The notes under the pieces are model-generated. The model was not told the origin of the DNA. It did no database searches and saw nothing but the letters and a program-made list of their open reading frames with translations. A DNA stretch of 64,000 bases from Chrysemys picta bellii (Eukaryota), in contig NC_088807.1 of NCBI RefSeq assembly GCF_011386835.1, forward strand, positions 23,250,001 to 23,314,000, read 5' to 3'. Positions 1-11,339 of the stretch are shown one piece after another. The stretch's first letter is position 1. Every line of letters starts with the position of its first letter. Made by a program: the position numbers and the translations under genes.

Positions 1-100
1 CTCCCCCCTGAGATGCCCCCTTTCCACCAGCCCCAGCCCTTCCCCCCACCTGGGTTATGGCAAACCCCTCCCCGCCACACTTTTCCCATAATGCACTTGC

Positions 101-1845
101 CTGGGCATCCTTCCCAGCCTGGATCGTGGCCTCCGGATTGGCCGTCTGCCCCGGCTGTCTCCGCCCACATGGGGGTCCAGATGTTCCCAGGAGAGATACT
201 GGAGTGGTGGTGGTGGGGGGGGAGGAACCACAATCATTTGGTATCGACCCCGCCCTTAAATTCTTACCCCTTCCTGACCAAGAGACCAGGGCTGTGAGCT
301 TCCCCACAGCAGTGCCCCCCCAGCCTGTGACACCCCCAGGGGTGCTGAGAGCTTCCCCATGACAGTGCCCCCAGCTGGTGACTGTCCCAGATGCTGCGAG
401 CTTCCCCGCAGCAGTGCCCCCAGCCGGTGACTGTCCCAGACATTGCAAGCTTCCGCACAGCAGTTCCCCCCAGCCCTGAAGTTGTGTGTGCATGGGGGGG
501 TTGGGGTTCATAAGATACCTGTTAACTCGCACCCCGTATCTGCTCTCATCCACCGCCATGGCCTTCGTCATCGCCGTCACTGCGCCCTGGGGACAGACTC
601 CAGCTCAAGGGGCTCCTGAGATACACCCCCCCCCAAACTCCAGGCCCCCGGGGGGGAGGGGAGGTCACTCGCAATAGACCCAGCCCCCAAATGTCTGATC
701 AGCATTGGCTAGAGGCACAGGACTCCTGGGTTCTCTCCCCTGCTCTGGGAAGGGAGTGGAGGCTATTGGTGGGAGGAAGGGGGCTGGGAGCCAGGACTCC
801 TGGGTTCTCTCCCCCGGCTCTGAGAGGGGAGTGGGGGCTAGTGGTTAGAGCGGGGGGGTGGGGCTGGGAGCCAGGACTCCTGGGTTCTCTCTCTGATTCT
901 GCCGGTACCTTGGTGGCGACGTAGGGAACAGCCTGCCTCTGTCCGATGATGCCAACGAGACTGGAGATGTTGATAATGTTGCCCCGGGTCTCCCGTAGAT
1001 AGGGCAGGGCGAACTGCACCGGAGAGATGAGAGGGAGGAGGGGGAGATGCAGCCACTTCTGGGGGGGTGCAGGGGCTGGGTATACGGGGACCCTCCCCGG
1101 TGCTGGGCTGCGGCTGACTCTGGGGTGGAGCACGGGGGCTGGTTCTACAGGGACCCTCCCTGGCACTGGGCTGCGGCTGGCTCTGGGTGGAGCGTGGGCA
1201 GTGGTTATACGGGGAACCTCCTTGGCGCTGGGCTGCGGCTGGCTCTGGGGTGGGGCACGGGGGGCTGGTTCTACGAGGACCCTCCCCAGCGCTGGGCTGC
1301 GGCTGGCTCTGGGGTGGAGCGCGGGGGCTGGTTCTAGAGGGACCCTCCCCGGCGCTGGGCTGCGGCTAGCTCTGGGGTGGAGCGTGGGCAGTGGTTATAC
1401 GGGGAACCTCCCTGGCGCTGGGCTGCGGCTGGCTCTGGGGTGGGGCACGGGGGCTGGTTCTACGAGGACCCTCCCCAGCGCTGGGCTGCGGCTGGCTCTG
1501 GGGTGGGGCGCAGGAGCGTCTCTCACCTTTGCTGTCAGGAAGTAGCCGACCAAGTTGACCTCGAGAAGTTCCCGGAAATGCTGGGAGGTGACGTCGTCGA
1601 TTTGCTCTTCGGGGGGATCTGGGGAGGGGGTGTGAAAAGCAGGACGCAGGCCCCTGAAAACGCCCCCCTCCTCCCCCGAAGCTCAGACCTGGGGATCTCC
1701 ATTTCCCCTTCCAACAGGACAGCGGGGCCCATATGCCCCCTAATTGCCCCCCAGCTCAGGGGTTCCACCCCCCATTCCAGGATGGGCCCAGGGACACCCC
1801 TCCCCGCCCCCAACGATTGGGGCAACTCACGACGTCCGGCGTTGT
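101..1845 (-). CDS. HSD17B14: 17-beta-hydroxysteroid dehydrogenase 14, 3' half (exon 4 part to exon 8)
   Basis: Minus-strand exons with splice sites: 1831-1845 (..NAGR, cut by gap), 1527-1618 ([31 protein letters not shown]), 909-1013 ([38 protein letters not shown] YxxxK), 519-586 ([22 protein letters not shown]), 101-198 ([26 protein letters not shown]; 98 bp, one extra G; GC donor). The last exon lies left of the window. Confidence 0.93.
1070..1510. repeat. About 60-bp dispersed minisatellite (family C)
   Basis: GGCGCTGGGCTGCGGCTGGCTCTGGGGTGGGGCACGGGGGCTGG..GACCCTCC; related arrays at about 2900, 8090, 43940-44240, 44640-45300, 48830-49060, 51140-51260. Confidence 0.85.
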
Positions 1846-2345
1846 NNNNNNNNNNNNNNNNNNNNNNNNNNNNNNNNNNNNNNNNNNNNNNNNNNNNNNN
1901 NNNNNNNNNNNNNNNNNNNNNNNNNNNNNNNNNNNNNNNNNNNNNNNNNNNNNNNNNNNNNNNNNNNNNNNNNNNNNNNNNNNNNNNNNNNNNNNNNNNN
2001 NNNNNNNNNNNNNNNNNNNNNNNNNNNNNNNNNNNNNNNNNNNNNNNNNNNNNNNNNNNNNNNNNNNNNNNNNNNNNNNNNNNNNNNNNNNNNNNNNNNN
2101 NNNNNNNNNNNNNNNNNNNNNNNNNNNNNNNNNNNNNNNNNNNNNNNNNNNNNNNNNNNNNNNNNNNNNNNNNNNNNNNNNNNNNNNNNNNNNNNNNNNN
2201 NNNNNNNNNNNNNNNNNNNNNNNNNNNNNNNNNNNNNNNNNNNNNNNNNNNNNNNNNNNNNNNNNNNNNNNNNNNNNNNNNNNNNNNNNNNNNNNNNNNN
2301 NNNNNNNNNNNNNNNNNNNNNNNNNNNNNNNNNNNNNNNNNNNNN
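1846..2345. other. Assembly gap (500 N)
   Basis: Run of N; cuts HSD17B14 exon 4 on the left and a TULP2 exon on the right. Confidence 0.99.
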
Positions 2346-5300
2346 CCGGGGATAATCACAGTCATTTTTCGGGGTCCCCTGAACCCCAACACATTGGTCT
2401 CCTGTTGTGAGGAGCAGCAGAGAATCTATGACCCCATCGTCCCCCAACATCCCCCTGCCCCAAAAACCCTCCACACCCTCGTCATATCTGTGACAGCGGC
2501 CAGCTGGGGATACCAGCGCTGCGAGCTTCCCCACAACAGTGCCCCCAGCTGGGGTTCCCAGCACTGAGAGCTTCTCTGCAGCAGTGCCCCCAGCTAGGGA
2601 TGCCGGTGCTGCGAGCTTCCCCATAGCAGTGACCCAACTGAGGAATGCCAGCGCTGCGAGCTTCCCCACAGCAGTGACCCAGCTGGGGACGCCAGCGCTG
2701 TGAGCTTCCCCACAGCAGTGCTCCGGCTCCAAGGTTTTCTCACGTACGTAGCAAATGGCCGCCAGCTCCTGCCGGATCGGAGCCGTTTCGGGACGAAGGG
2801 TTTTTTATCCGGATTCGTCCCGTTATCGAACACTGTGAACCTGGTGCCCAGCACGTTGGACCTGCCAGGAGATCAGAAAGGCCTGGTCACCTGGGGACCC
2901 CTCGCCCGGCGCTGGGATGCGACCGCCTCTGGGGTGGGGCGCGGGGGCTGGGTATACGGGGACCCCTCACCCAGGTGGAGATGCGGCCCCTCTGGGGTGG
3001 GTGCAGGACCCACCTGACTTTCCCGATGAAGCCGTCCCCATCCCGGGACAGGTCGATGGGGTCGAGGGAAATGAGGTAATTGGAGGTTTTGCTTTTCTTT
3101 CTCTTCCGGCCAGACATGAGAAACAGCTGAGAGAGACGGAAATGAACAACCTGCCCCAGGCTCTGCCCCACGGTGACCCCTCTTCCATTGCCTCCCCTGG
3201 CCTCTGCCCCACGGCGTCCCCTCTTCCACTGCCTTCCCCGGCCTCTGCCCCACGGCGTCCCCCTCTTCCACTGCCTCCCCTGGCCTCTGCCCCACAGCGT
3301 CCCCCTCTTCCACTGCCTCCCCTGGCCTCTGCCCCACGGTGTCCCCCTCTTCCATTGCCTCCCCTGGCCTCTGCCCCACGGCGTCCCCCTCTTCCATTGC
3401 CTCCCCTCAGCCTGCGCCCCACGGCACCCCCCTTCTCTGCCTTCCCCTGGCCTGTGCCCACGGTGCCCCCCTCTTCTGCTGCCTCCCCTCAGCCTGCGCC
3501 CCATGGCGCCCCCCTCTTCTCTGCTTCCCCCCAGCCTGCACCCCATGGCACCTCCCTCTTCCGCTGCCTCCCCCCCCCCAGCCTCTGCCCCCCGGCGCCC
3601 CCCTCTTCTGCTGCCTCCCCCCAGCCTGCACCCCACAGCACTCCCCTCTTCCACTGCCTCCCCCCTGGCCTCTGCCCCACGGCGCCCCCTCTTCCGCTGC
3701 CTCCCCTAAGCCTGTGCCCCATGGCGCCCCCTCTTCCGCTGCTTCCATCCATCCTCTGCCCCATGGCGCCCCCCTCTTCCACTGCCTCCCCCCAGCCTCT
3801 GCCCCATGGCACCCACCTCTTCCACTGCCTCCCCAGGCCTCTGCCCCACAGTGTCCGTTCCCCCCGCACTGTTACCCCCCCAGTACCTTCCTCCCATCGT
3901 CTCTTTCCAGGTGGAGGTAGTAGAAGGGGAAGACGCCCTTGTCCACCCCCTTGCGGTCCCGGCTGATGCGGCACTGGACGGTCACCCCGGGGGGCGCTGG
4001 GCGCAGCACGAACCCCTCCAGCTCCTCCGGCCGCGGAAGCCACGGGGTCCCCGGTGCTTCCTCCGGCAGCTGCGGGAGAGGGAAAGGGGTGAGGCCTGCG
4101 GGGGGGAGGGGGTGATGAGAGGCCAGGCCTTGTGTGCCCCGGGGTGGGGAGTCTGGGGGGGGGGGGTCACAGGGCCGGGGGCAAACGCCCAGGGCAGATA
4201 CTAGTGCAGGAGGCGTGTGTGGGACACGGGGGCCTCGTGCAAAGGGGTGCAAGGGGCCATCCTGGTGGGTGGGAGCCAGGCGCGGGGGCCCTTACGCTGG
4301 GGGTGTCGGCCTCTGGTGCGGGCTCCAGGGATCTGCAGAGGATGTCGGGGTCTCCTTCCTCCTCCTCGGCACTCCCAGGGGGGCTGCCGAGAGACCCTAG
4401 GGGGGAGATCAGGGGGAAGGTCAGAGAAAGCCCTGCCCCCCCCAAGCCGTCCTCAGTGCCCCCCCGAGAGCCCTTATCCCCTGAGCCCCCCTCCCTGGCA
4501 GCCCCCCCCACCTGGCACACATACCCCTGGCCCGCCCTACCCCATCCCCACTGGGCGCTCCCCCCACCTCACCCCTCTGTCCCAGAATCCTTTGCACTGA
4601 GCCAAACCCATCAGCACAGAGGGGTCAATCGATCCCCCCCCCAGCCTTCCCTACCCACAATGCCCCTCTCCCTCGCCCCCCCCTCACCTCTGCTGGGGAG
4701 CTTTCTGTCCTGTCTTCTCTTGACGGGGGAGGGAGGCACGGGGGGGTCCTGGGGCAGTTGCCCCTCCCCCTCTGAGTCCCCCTCCAGGGCTGACTCCCAG
4801 CCCGCAGCGCCGGCCTCCAGGGGGGTGTCCCCGTCGCTGCTGTCCTGAGGGTCTGGGGGGATGGGGAGGGAGCGCTTAGTGCTGGAGGAGACGCCCCCCA
4901 TGCCCGAGCCACTTTCACCCCAGCCTTGCATGGGCGCTTGGCAGTGAAACCCCCTCATGCCCGCTCACACATGAGGGATGCACCCTCGCCCCCCTTGCAC
5001 GCCCAGCTGCATGCTCCTCTCCCCCGCCCGGGCCAGTTGCACCAGGGCCGCAGTCTCCATGCCCCCCCCCCCTCGCATGTCCAGTCCCGCCCCGCTGTCC
5101 CACCTCCCCCCACAGATCCTGGTAGTGCCCCACCTCTGAACTCCACGATGACAGAGGGGACTCGCTCCCCTCGCGCAAGCGATGGGACATTCGGCTTAGA
5201 GCTCCGGGGGCGTCGTGCGTCGGCATGGCCGGCTGTGGGGCAGAGAGGGGGCCGGGGGGTAGAGGTGCGGGGTCAAAGGGTGCACTGTCCCCTTTAAAAG

Positions 5301-8300
5301 GCCGGGCCAGGGGCGTCATAGCAACCGTTGCTAAGGAGTTAGGAGTGTGACAATACAGCAACGAGGTGGGGCACCCACTGCACCGGTTGCATAGCAACGG
5401 AACGGTGCATGCAGCATGGCAACAGTTGCATAGCAACGGAACAGTGGGAGCAGCATGGCAACTGTTGCATAGCAATGGAATGGTGCACATATTATGGTGC
5501 ACGTGTGGCAACGGTTGCATGGCAACGGTTGCCCCTCTTTCCTGCCACTTGCTCACCCCCCGCTACGCTTGGCCGGCCAACCCTTGCGCGTGGAGCTGGG
5601 CGCCGCCTTGGCCTTGTTGATGGGCCGTGTGTCCTCCAGGACGGCCTCTTCCAGCTCCGCGTCGGAGGCACCTGGATGGGGGAGGCAGAGAGTGACGGAG
5701 CGGGCGGAGCCGGGGCGGGTCCCACCAGGGACTGGCCCCGCACCGAGGATCTGCCCCCCCCCGTTACCTGCGGCCTCCCCCCCGGCTCGGGGGCCCCGGT
5801 TCAGGTGCACGGAGCTGCTCCAGGCGTCAGTGGGGCGATGGGCCTCCGGGACCGACTCCACCAGGAAGGGGTTGCTGGTTCCTATGGGCAGAGAGAGTCC
5901 GTCACCTCCTGTGGCGCCAGCCACGCCCCCGGCAGACAAGCCCCGCCCCCGGCAGACAAGTCCCGCCCCGTTGGGTGAGACAAGGGGCGCTCCGCCATGC
6001 CACAGTTTAGAGTGGGTGGGGCCTAATGGCCATCGGCCACACCCCCAAATGCCACGCCTTCTTACCTGGGCCTAATTACTGGAAGCCCCGCCCACAACAG
6101 ACAAGCCCCACTGCTTCCCTGCCCTATTTTGGTTAAGAGGGGGAGCAGTTCTGCCCTCTGTATTAGGCCACCTGCTAGTGGGCGGAGTATATTTGCTATC
6201 AGCCCTGCCCACAAATAACAGGCCACGCCCACATACGCCACACCCCTTCTCTCTTTTTCCAATGGGATGGCTGCCTGCACTACTGCTAGTAGAGGCGGGG
6301 CCTAATTCTTGGAAGCCCCGCCCACTCTTAGCAAGCCTCACCCCCAAGAGGACCCACCCCTTCCACCTCTCTCTTGATTGACAGAGGGATACCAGGACAG
6401 CCACATCCTGTGCTGTGGGGGTGACTTTTGTTCATCAAGCCCCGCCCCAGTTGACAAGCCACGCCTCCATGGACAAACCACGCCCCTTTCCCCTGCCTTC
6501 CTCTCTGAACCAGGCAAACTATTAACCCCCTTTGTGGCGTTACCTCTGGCAGGGGCAAGGCCTAATTTTGGAAGCCACGCCCCTAATTGTTGAGCCACAC
6601 CACTACCTTGGGGTTGGAGGAGGGAGAGTCCCCCCTCCACCGTGACCTGACTGTGTGGGATTTCACCAGCCAGCCAATCACCCCAGTAGGGGCGGGGCTA
6701 GCCCATAAACCCCGCCCACCTGGTGAAGAACCAGAGCTGAGACCGGGGGGGAACTCATTACATGGGTGAGCATGGACCCCTCTCACCGTTGCAGAGGCTG
6801 TGGTCGCTGCAGGACTCCATCAGGGGGGTGCGCTCCTCGGGCCGGCGACCCCGGCGGCCCGTCACCTTGGCATCGGGGTTGGCCTGGACCATGAGCGGCT
6901 CCTGGCGCTTCCGACGCTGCTTCTCCTCAAAGATGCGACGCTGGGGGTGGGGGGAAGGGGGCAGGAAGGGAGAACAGGCCCTGGAGGCACTGTCCTGGGG
7001 AGACACCGCTCCCAGCCCCGATCCCCTCGATCCCAGAACCCCCCAGGGCCAGGGGGCACCACTCCCAGCCCCAATCCCCTCGATATTAGAACCCCCCAGA
7101 GACCAGGGGGCACCGCTCCCAGCCCCAATCCCCTCGATCCCAGAACCCCCCAGAGACCAGGGGGCACCGCTCCCAGCCCCGATCCCCTCGATCCCAGAAC
7201 CCCCCGGAGACTAGGGGGCACCACTCCCAGCCCCGATCCCCTCAATCCCAGAACCCCCCAGAGACCAGGGGGCACCGCTCCCAGCCCCGATCCCCTCGAT
7301 CCCAGACCCCTTGGGGGCTCCGCTCCCAGCCCCGATCCCCTCAATCCCAGAACCCCCCAGGGCCAGGGGGCACCACTCCCAGCCCCAATCCCCTCGATCC
7401 TAGAACCCCCCAGGGCCAGGGGGCACCGCTCCCAGCCCCGATCCCCTCGATCCTAGAACCCCCCGGAGACCAGGGGGCACCGCTCCCAGCCCCGATCCCC
7501 TCGATCCCAGACCCCTTGGGGGCTCCACTCCCAGCCCCGATCCCCTCAATCCCAGAACCCCCCAGGGCCAGGGGGCACCGCTCCCAGCCCCGATCCCCTC
7601 GATCCTAGAACCCCCCGGAGACCAGGGGGCACCGCTCCCAGCCCCGATCCCCTCGATCCCAGACCCCTTGGGGGCTCCGCTCCCAGCCCCGATCACCTCG
7701 ATCCCGGAACCCCCTGGAGACCAGGGGGCACCGCTCCCAGCCCCAATCCCCTCGATTCCAGAACCCCCTAGGAGATGCGAGGGCACCGCCCCGGGCACCT
7801 ACCTGCAGCTCCAGCTTCTGCTGCCGCAGGGACGCGGGCTCCTCGCCCAGGCGGCTGGAAGAGAAGGAGCCGGTGGCGTCGGGCGGCGAGGCGGGGCGGG
7901 AGGGCAGGCGCCGGTAGGAGCTCCGTGCCATCTCGCCGCCAGCCACCCACCCACCCAGGGGCCACCCCAGCAGACCCTGCCTTCACCAGGCCCAGGGACG
8001 GCCACGGCCGAGGTGGGGGGTTCCGATCGCCACGGCGCCAGGGTTTGTGATGTCATAGGTGCCCCCAGATGTTCCCTGGCCATGCAGCGCTGGGACGGGG
8101 CGCGGGGGCTGGGTCTATGGGGGCCCCTCGCCCGGCGCTGGGACGCGGCCCCTCTGGGGTGTGGTCTGAGAGACTCGGGGGGGGGTCACAAAGCAGGGGG
8201 TATCTAAGGAGGGGAATTTGGGGGCCTTGGCCTGGGGAGGCCCCTGGAAGGGTCTAAGAGACCCTGGGGGGGCCAGAGTAGAGACCCCCTGCAAGGAGGG

Positions 8301-8547
8301 ACCCCAGCAAGTAGGGAAGGGGGAATGAGGGAAGCAACAACTGCTAATTAACCCCCCTCCCCCACCCCGATAAAGCAGGATTAGCTCATTAGGGATTAAC
8401 AAGGACTGGATGGGCTGAGTGCACAGACACTCTGCCCCAAACACACTACACCCCCCCCACACACACACTGCCCCCCACTCCTTAACGCACCCCCCAACCC
8501 CCTTCCAATCCCCAAGCTTACGTGTCTCCCCGTCCCGTCGCGTTCAT
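2346..8547 (-). CDS. TULP2: Tubby-like protein; TULP2 by synteny (3' exons lost in the gap)
   Basis: Exons: 8522-8547 (candidate start MNATGRGDT, phase fits next exon), 7803-7854 ([16 protein letters not shown]), 6787-6940 ([23 protein letters not shown]), 5768-5881, 5557-5671, 5134-5232, 4688-4844, 4296-4396, 3887-4069 ([36 protein letters not shown]), 3014-3126 ([22 protein letters not shown]), 2748-2861 ([23 protein letters not shown], -1 indel), 2346-2401 ([18 protein letters not shown]). Tubby-domain motifs are clear; paralog assignment rests on head-to-head position with NUCB1. Confidence 0.88.
3160..3860. repeat. About 39-bp C-rich minisatellite (TULP2 intron)
   Basis: Unit CCTCTGCCCCACGGCGTCCCCCTCTTCCACTGCCTCCCCTGG, tandem. 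Confidence 0.9.
5317..5533. promoter_or_regulatory. Array of RFX/X-box-like palindromes in a TULP2 intron
   Basis: GTTGC-N3-GCAAC at 5386-5398, 5425-5437 and 5514-5526; GTTGC-N3-GCAAT at 5464-5476; extra half-sites. Confidence 0.6.
7005..7770. repeat. About 52-bp minisatellite (TULP2 intron)
   Basis: Unit CCGCTCCCAGCCCCGATCCCCTCGATCCCAGAACCCCCCAGAGACCAGGGGGCA. Confidence 0.92.
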
Positions 8548-10061
8548 GGTGTGTGGGGGGTTGGCCGGACTCCGGCTGGGCCTGGAGAGAAAAATTCACT
8601 GAGCGCTACAGGCCCCCTGTGTCCTCCCTGGTCACAGAGAGGGAAACTGAGGCATGGGGAGGAGACGGACTTGTTCATGGTTTCCCCTTGGACACATGGA
8701 ACCCAGGAGTCCTGGCTCCCAGCCCCGCCCTCCCCCGGCTCTAACCATTAGACTCCCCTCCCAGAGCCAGGGACAGAACCCAGGAGTCCTGGCTCCCAGC
8801 CTCCCTGACTCTAACCAGTAGACTCCATTCCCCTCCCAGAGGTGGGAAGAGAACCCAGGAGTCCTGGCTCCCAGCCCCTCCCACCCCCGGCTCTAACCAC
8901 TAGACTCCCCTTCCCTCCCAGAGCAGGGGAGAGAACCCAGGAGTCCTGGCTCCCAGCCCCTCTTTTCATTCTGGCTGTCAGTCTTCAGGGATAGGAGAGG
9001 GGCATCCCCCCGCACCCACACCCCAATCTCAGACCTGTGAGCGTTGAGGGGAACGGGGATACCGGCTCTGAGTCTGGCTCCAGCTTCGGCTCTGGCAGGT
9101 CTGACCTGGGGGGCGGGGAGGGATGGATGAGATCTGACCCCCCCCGCCCCAGCTCCAGCCCCCAGCCGGGGGAGGCCATCGGATTGTCTCCTCCATAATC
9201 GGCTTTGGTTTCTTATCCCTCCAGGCCCGGTGGCTGGCTTTAAAGATGCCCACGTTGCACAGGGCCAGGGCAAAGACAGTCCCTGCCCCAGCTGAGATCA
9301 GGGCCCCGTCATGCCAGGCGCTGCCCAGACCCACGGCGGGAGAGAGGCCCTGCCTGGTGGGCTACCAGCAAAGGGCAGGACAGGCCCATGATTTTGGGGG
9401 GTCACCTCAGAGGGGATTGGCAGGGAAAGGGGAGGGGAGGGTGCCTGTGTTTATGGGGGTGATTGTATGAACTCACTTCCTGCCCCTCATGCCTCTTTAC
9501 ACACTGCCCCCCAACTCGAGCTGGTCCCAGGCCCCTTCCCCGCCGGGGAGGGGGCAGGGGGAAATCACCCCATGCCACTTGGGGTCAGATCATCCCCCTC
9601 CAAGGGAGACTTCACAGCAAACTCCCCCAACCCCCCGCACTGCACAGACACCCTCCATCACCTCTCGGGGGACCAAACACTTCGCTGCCTTCTGATTGGA
9701 CGGTGGTCACCGTGGCAGCGCTGGGCAACAAGGGATGAAGGCGAATTCCCTCCTGGACTCTTGCATTTTCTCCGTAGGGACCGGCTGGCTCAGGGGGGCG
9801 GGGAATGGGGCCAGGGCCTGTGCCCTCTAGGGGGCGCCGGCTCCCATCTGGCCCCAGGGCAGGGACTGGCTGGCTCAGGGGGGTGGAGAATGGGGCCCGG
9901 GGCCTGTCCCCTATAGGGGGCGCCGGCTCCCATCTGGCCCCAGTGTCGGGGATGGGCTGGCTCAGGGGGACAGGGAATGGGGGCGGCGCCTGTCCCCTCT
10001 ACCCTAGTCGCCCCTTCCTGTCCCCAGTTGCCACTTTACTCTCGCTTGCCCCTGTCCCGGG

Positions 10062-11030
10062 GTGGAGGATTCCACCTTCCCGAGCGGCCCCCTGGATGGC
10101 GAATTCAGACGGGACGGGGGCGACATCACGTCCCTGTGGTCCCGCACTCACCCCGCGTCGCCTGGGGAAGCGCGTCGGCTGCCGCTGGGAGCGGTGCGAG
10201 GCACTGGGAGTGCTGGTGCCGCAGATCAGGTCGGAGGCCAACACCATCGTCACCCCGAGTGCCAGGGGCTTGCTGGAGAGGACTCCGATGGCCGCCGTCC
10301 ACTCGCTGTACGTGGAAACCCTGAAGCGTAAACCGGACCAGGGTAAAGCCTTCAAGTTGACCAGCAAGTCACCGACGAGGCCCAGGAAAAGATCCTCCTT
10401 GTCGACGTCGGGGTCTCCTTTGAGAACAGGACCCCGGCCTTTCGTGAAGCCCGGGCTCGTGAGCTGCAAAAGTACGTGCCCCCCCCGGCTGACGCCCTGC
10501 GAGCGAGGTGCAGATGGACGCCCTGATCATCGGAGCCCCGGGCCCCTGGGACCCCTGCCACGAGCGCTTGCTGCGGACCTGCGGGATCGGTCGATGCTAC
10601 GCACGGCTCGTGCGGCGCCTCCTGGTCTCAGACACCCTCCGCTGGTCCAGGGACATCTGCCCCGGCCACGTCACCGGCCACCGGCAGTCCCAGGAGGCCT
10701 GAGCCGGAGCCGCATCGAGCATCGACTTTGCCCCTTGGACGATAGGAACTGGACCCATCAACTCAGCGAACGTTAAATCTCACCAAATCAGGGTCAATCC
10801 AGCCTCGTCATCGTATCCACCCCGGAACAAGGCCATTATATGGACAACAGGCCCTCCTCTCTCAATGGCTGTACTTTGACCCGTTAACCTTTGACCCCAA
10901 TCAGGGATATTGCAGATGACGGATTCCTGACGCCACCCGATCTCACCCCAAACTTCGCACCCCTCGAGAACCTGGAGGTGAGTCCCTGAGCTCCAGAAAC
11001 TTCTGCGCTCACTGTTCTTAAACAGCAGCC
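10062..11030 (+). mobile_element. 5'-truncated, internally deleted R2-superfamily (Utopia/NeSL-like) non-LTR retrotransposon relic with REL endonuclease remnant and 3' UTR
   Basis: Frameshifted translation gives DGEFRRDGGDITSLWSR..LGKRVGCRWE..LGVLVPQIRS..YVETLKRKPDQGKAFKLTSK // VTDEAQEKILLVDVGVSFENRTPAFREARARELQKY..EVQMDALIIGAPGPWDPCHERLLRTCGIGRCYARLVRRLLVSDTLRWSRDI, stop at 10700-10702, then about 330 bp of UTR-like sequence. Family call is from recalled turtle Utopia sequence, not a search. Confidence 0.8.
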
Positions 11031-11059
11031 TAATACCAGCTTGAGGTGGGGGCAGGGAG

Positions 11060-11339
11060 CGTGGCTGTGCATGCAAATATTGACCAGTGGGCGTGGCTAG
11101 GCGGGCAGATATCGCCCAGGGGGCGTGGCCAGCACGGGAGAAAACAACGTGGAGCAATAGGGGGAAGGGGGCGTGGTCCAGCGTTGGGGGCGTGGCTTGC
11201 CGCGGAGGCGGGGTGGTATAGAAGCGGGAGGGCGGGGCTCTGTATGTAAACGAGGGGGCGGAGCATCCGGGCGGCAGGAAGCGTCGTTTCCGCTGCTCTC
11301 TGTGTCGAGCGGAGCCGGAGTCGGGAGCGGGGCCGTCGC
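11060..11339 (+). promoter_or_regulatory. NUCB1: NUCB1 promoter and non-coding exon 1 (CpG island)
   Basis: Octamer ATGCAAAT 11071-11078; several GGGCGTGG/GGGCGG boxes; ERSE-II-like site 11148-11158; donor C|GTGAGT at 11339/11340. Confidence 0.75.

Noticed and set aside
1377-2732. ORFs spanning the N run (also 52335-54237)
   Set aside because: Artefacts of translating through assembly gaps.
9805-10776. 323-aa ORF as a host gene
   Set aside because: Chimera of a family-D repeat and frameshifted retrotransposon sequence.
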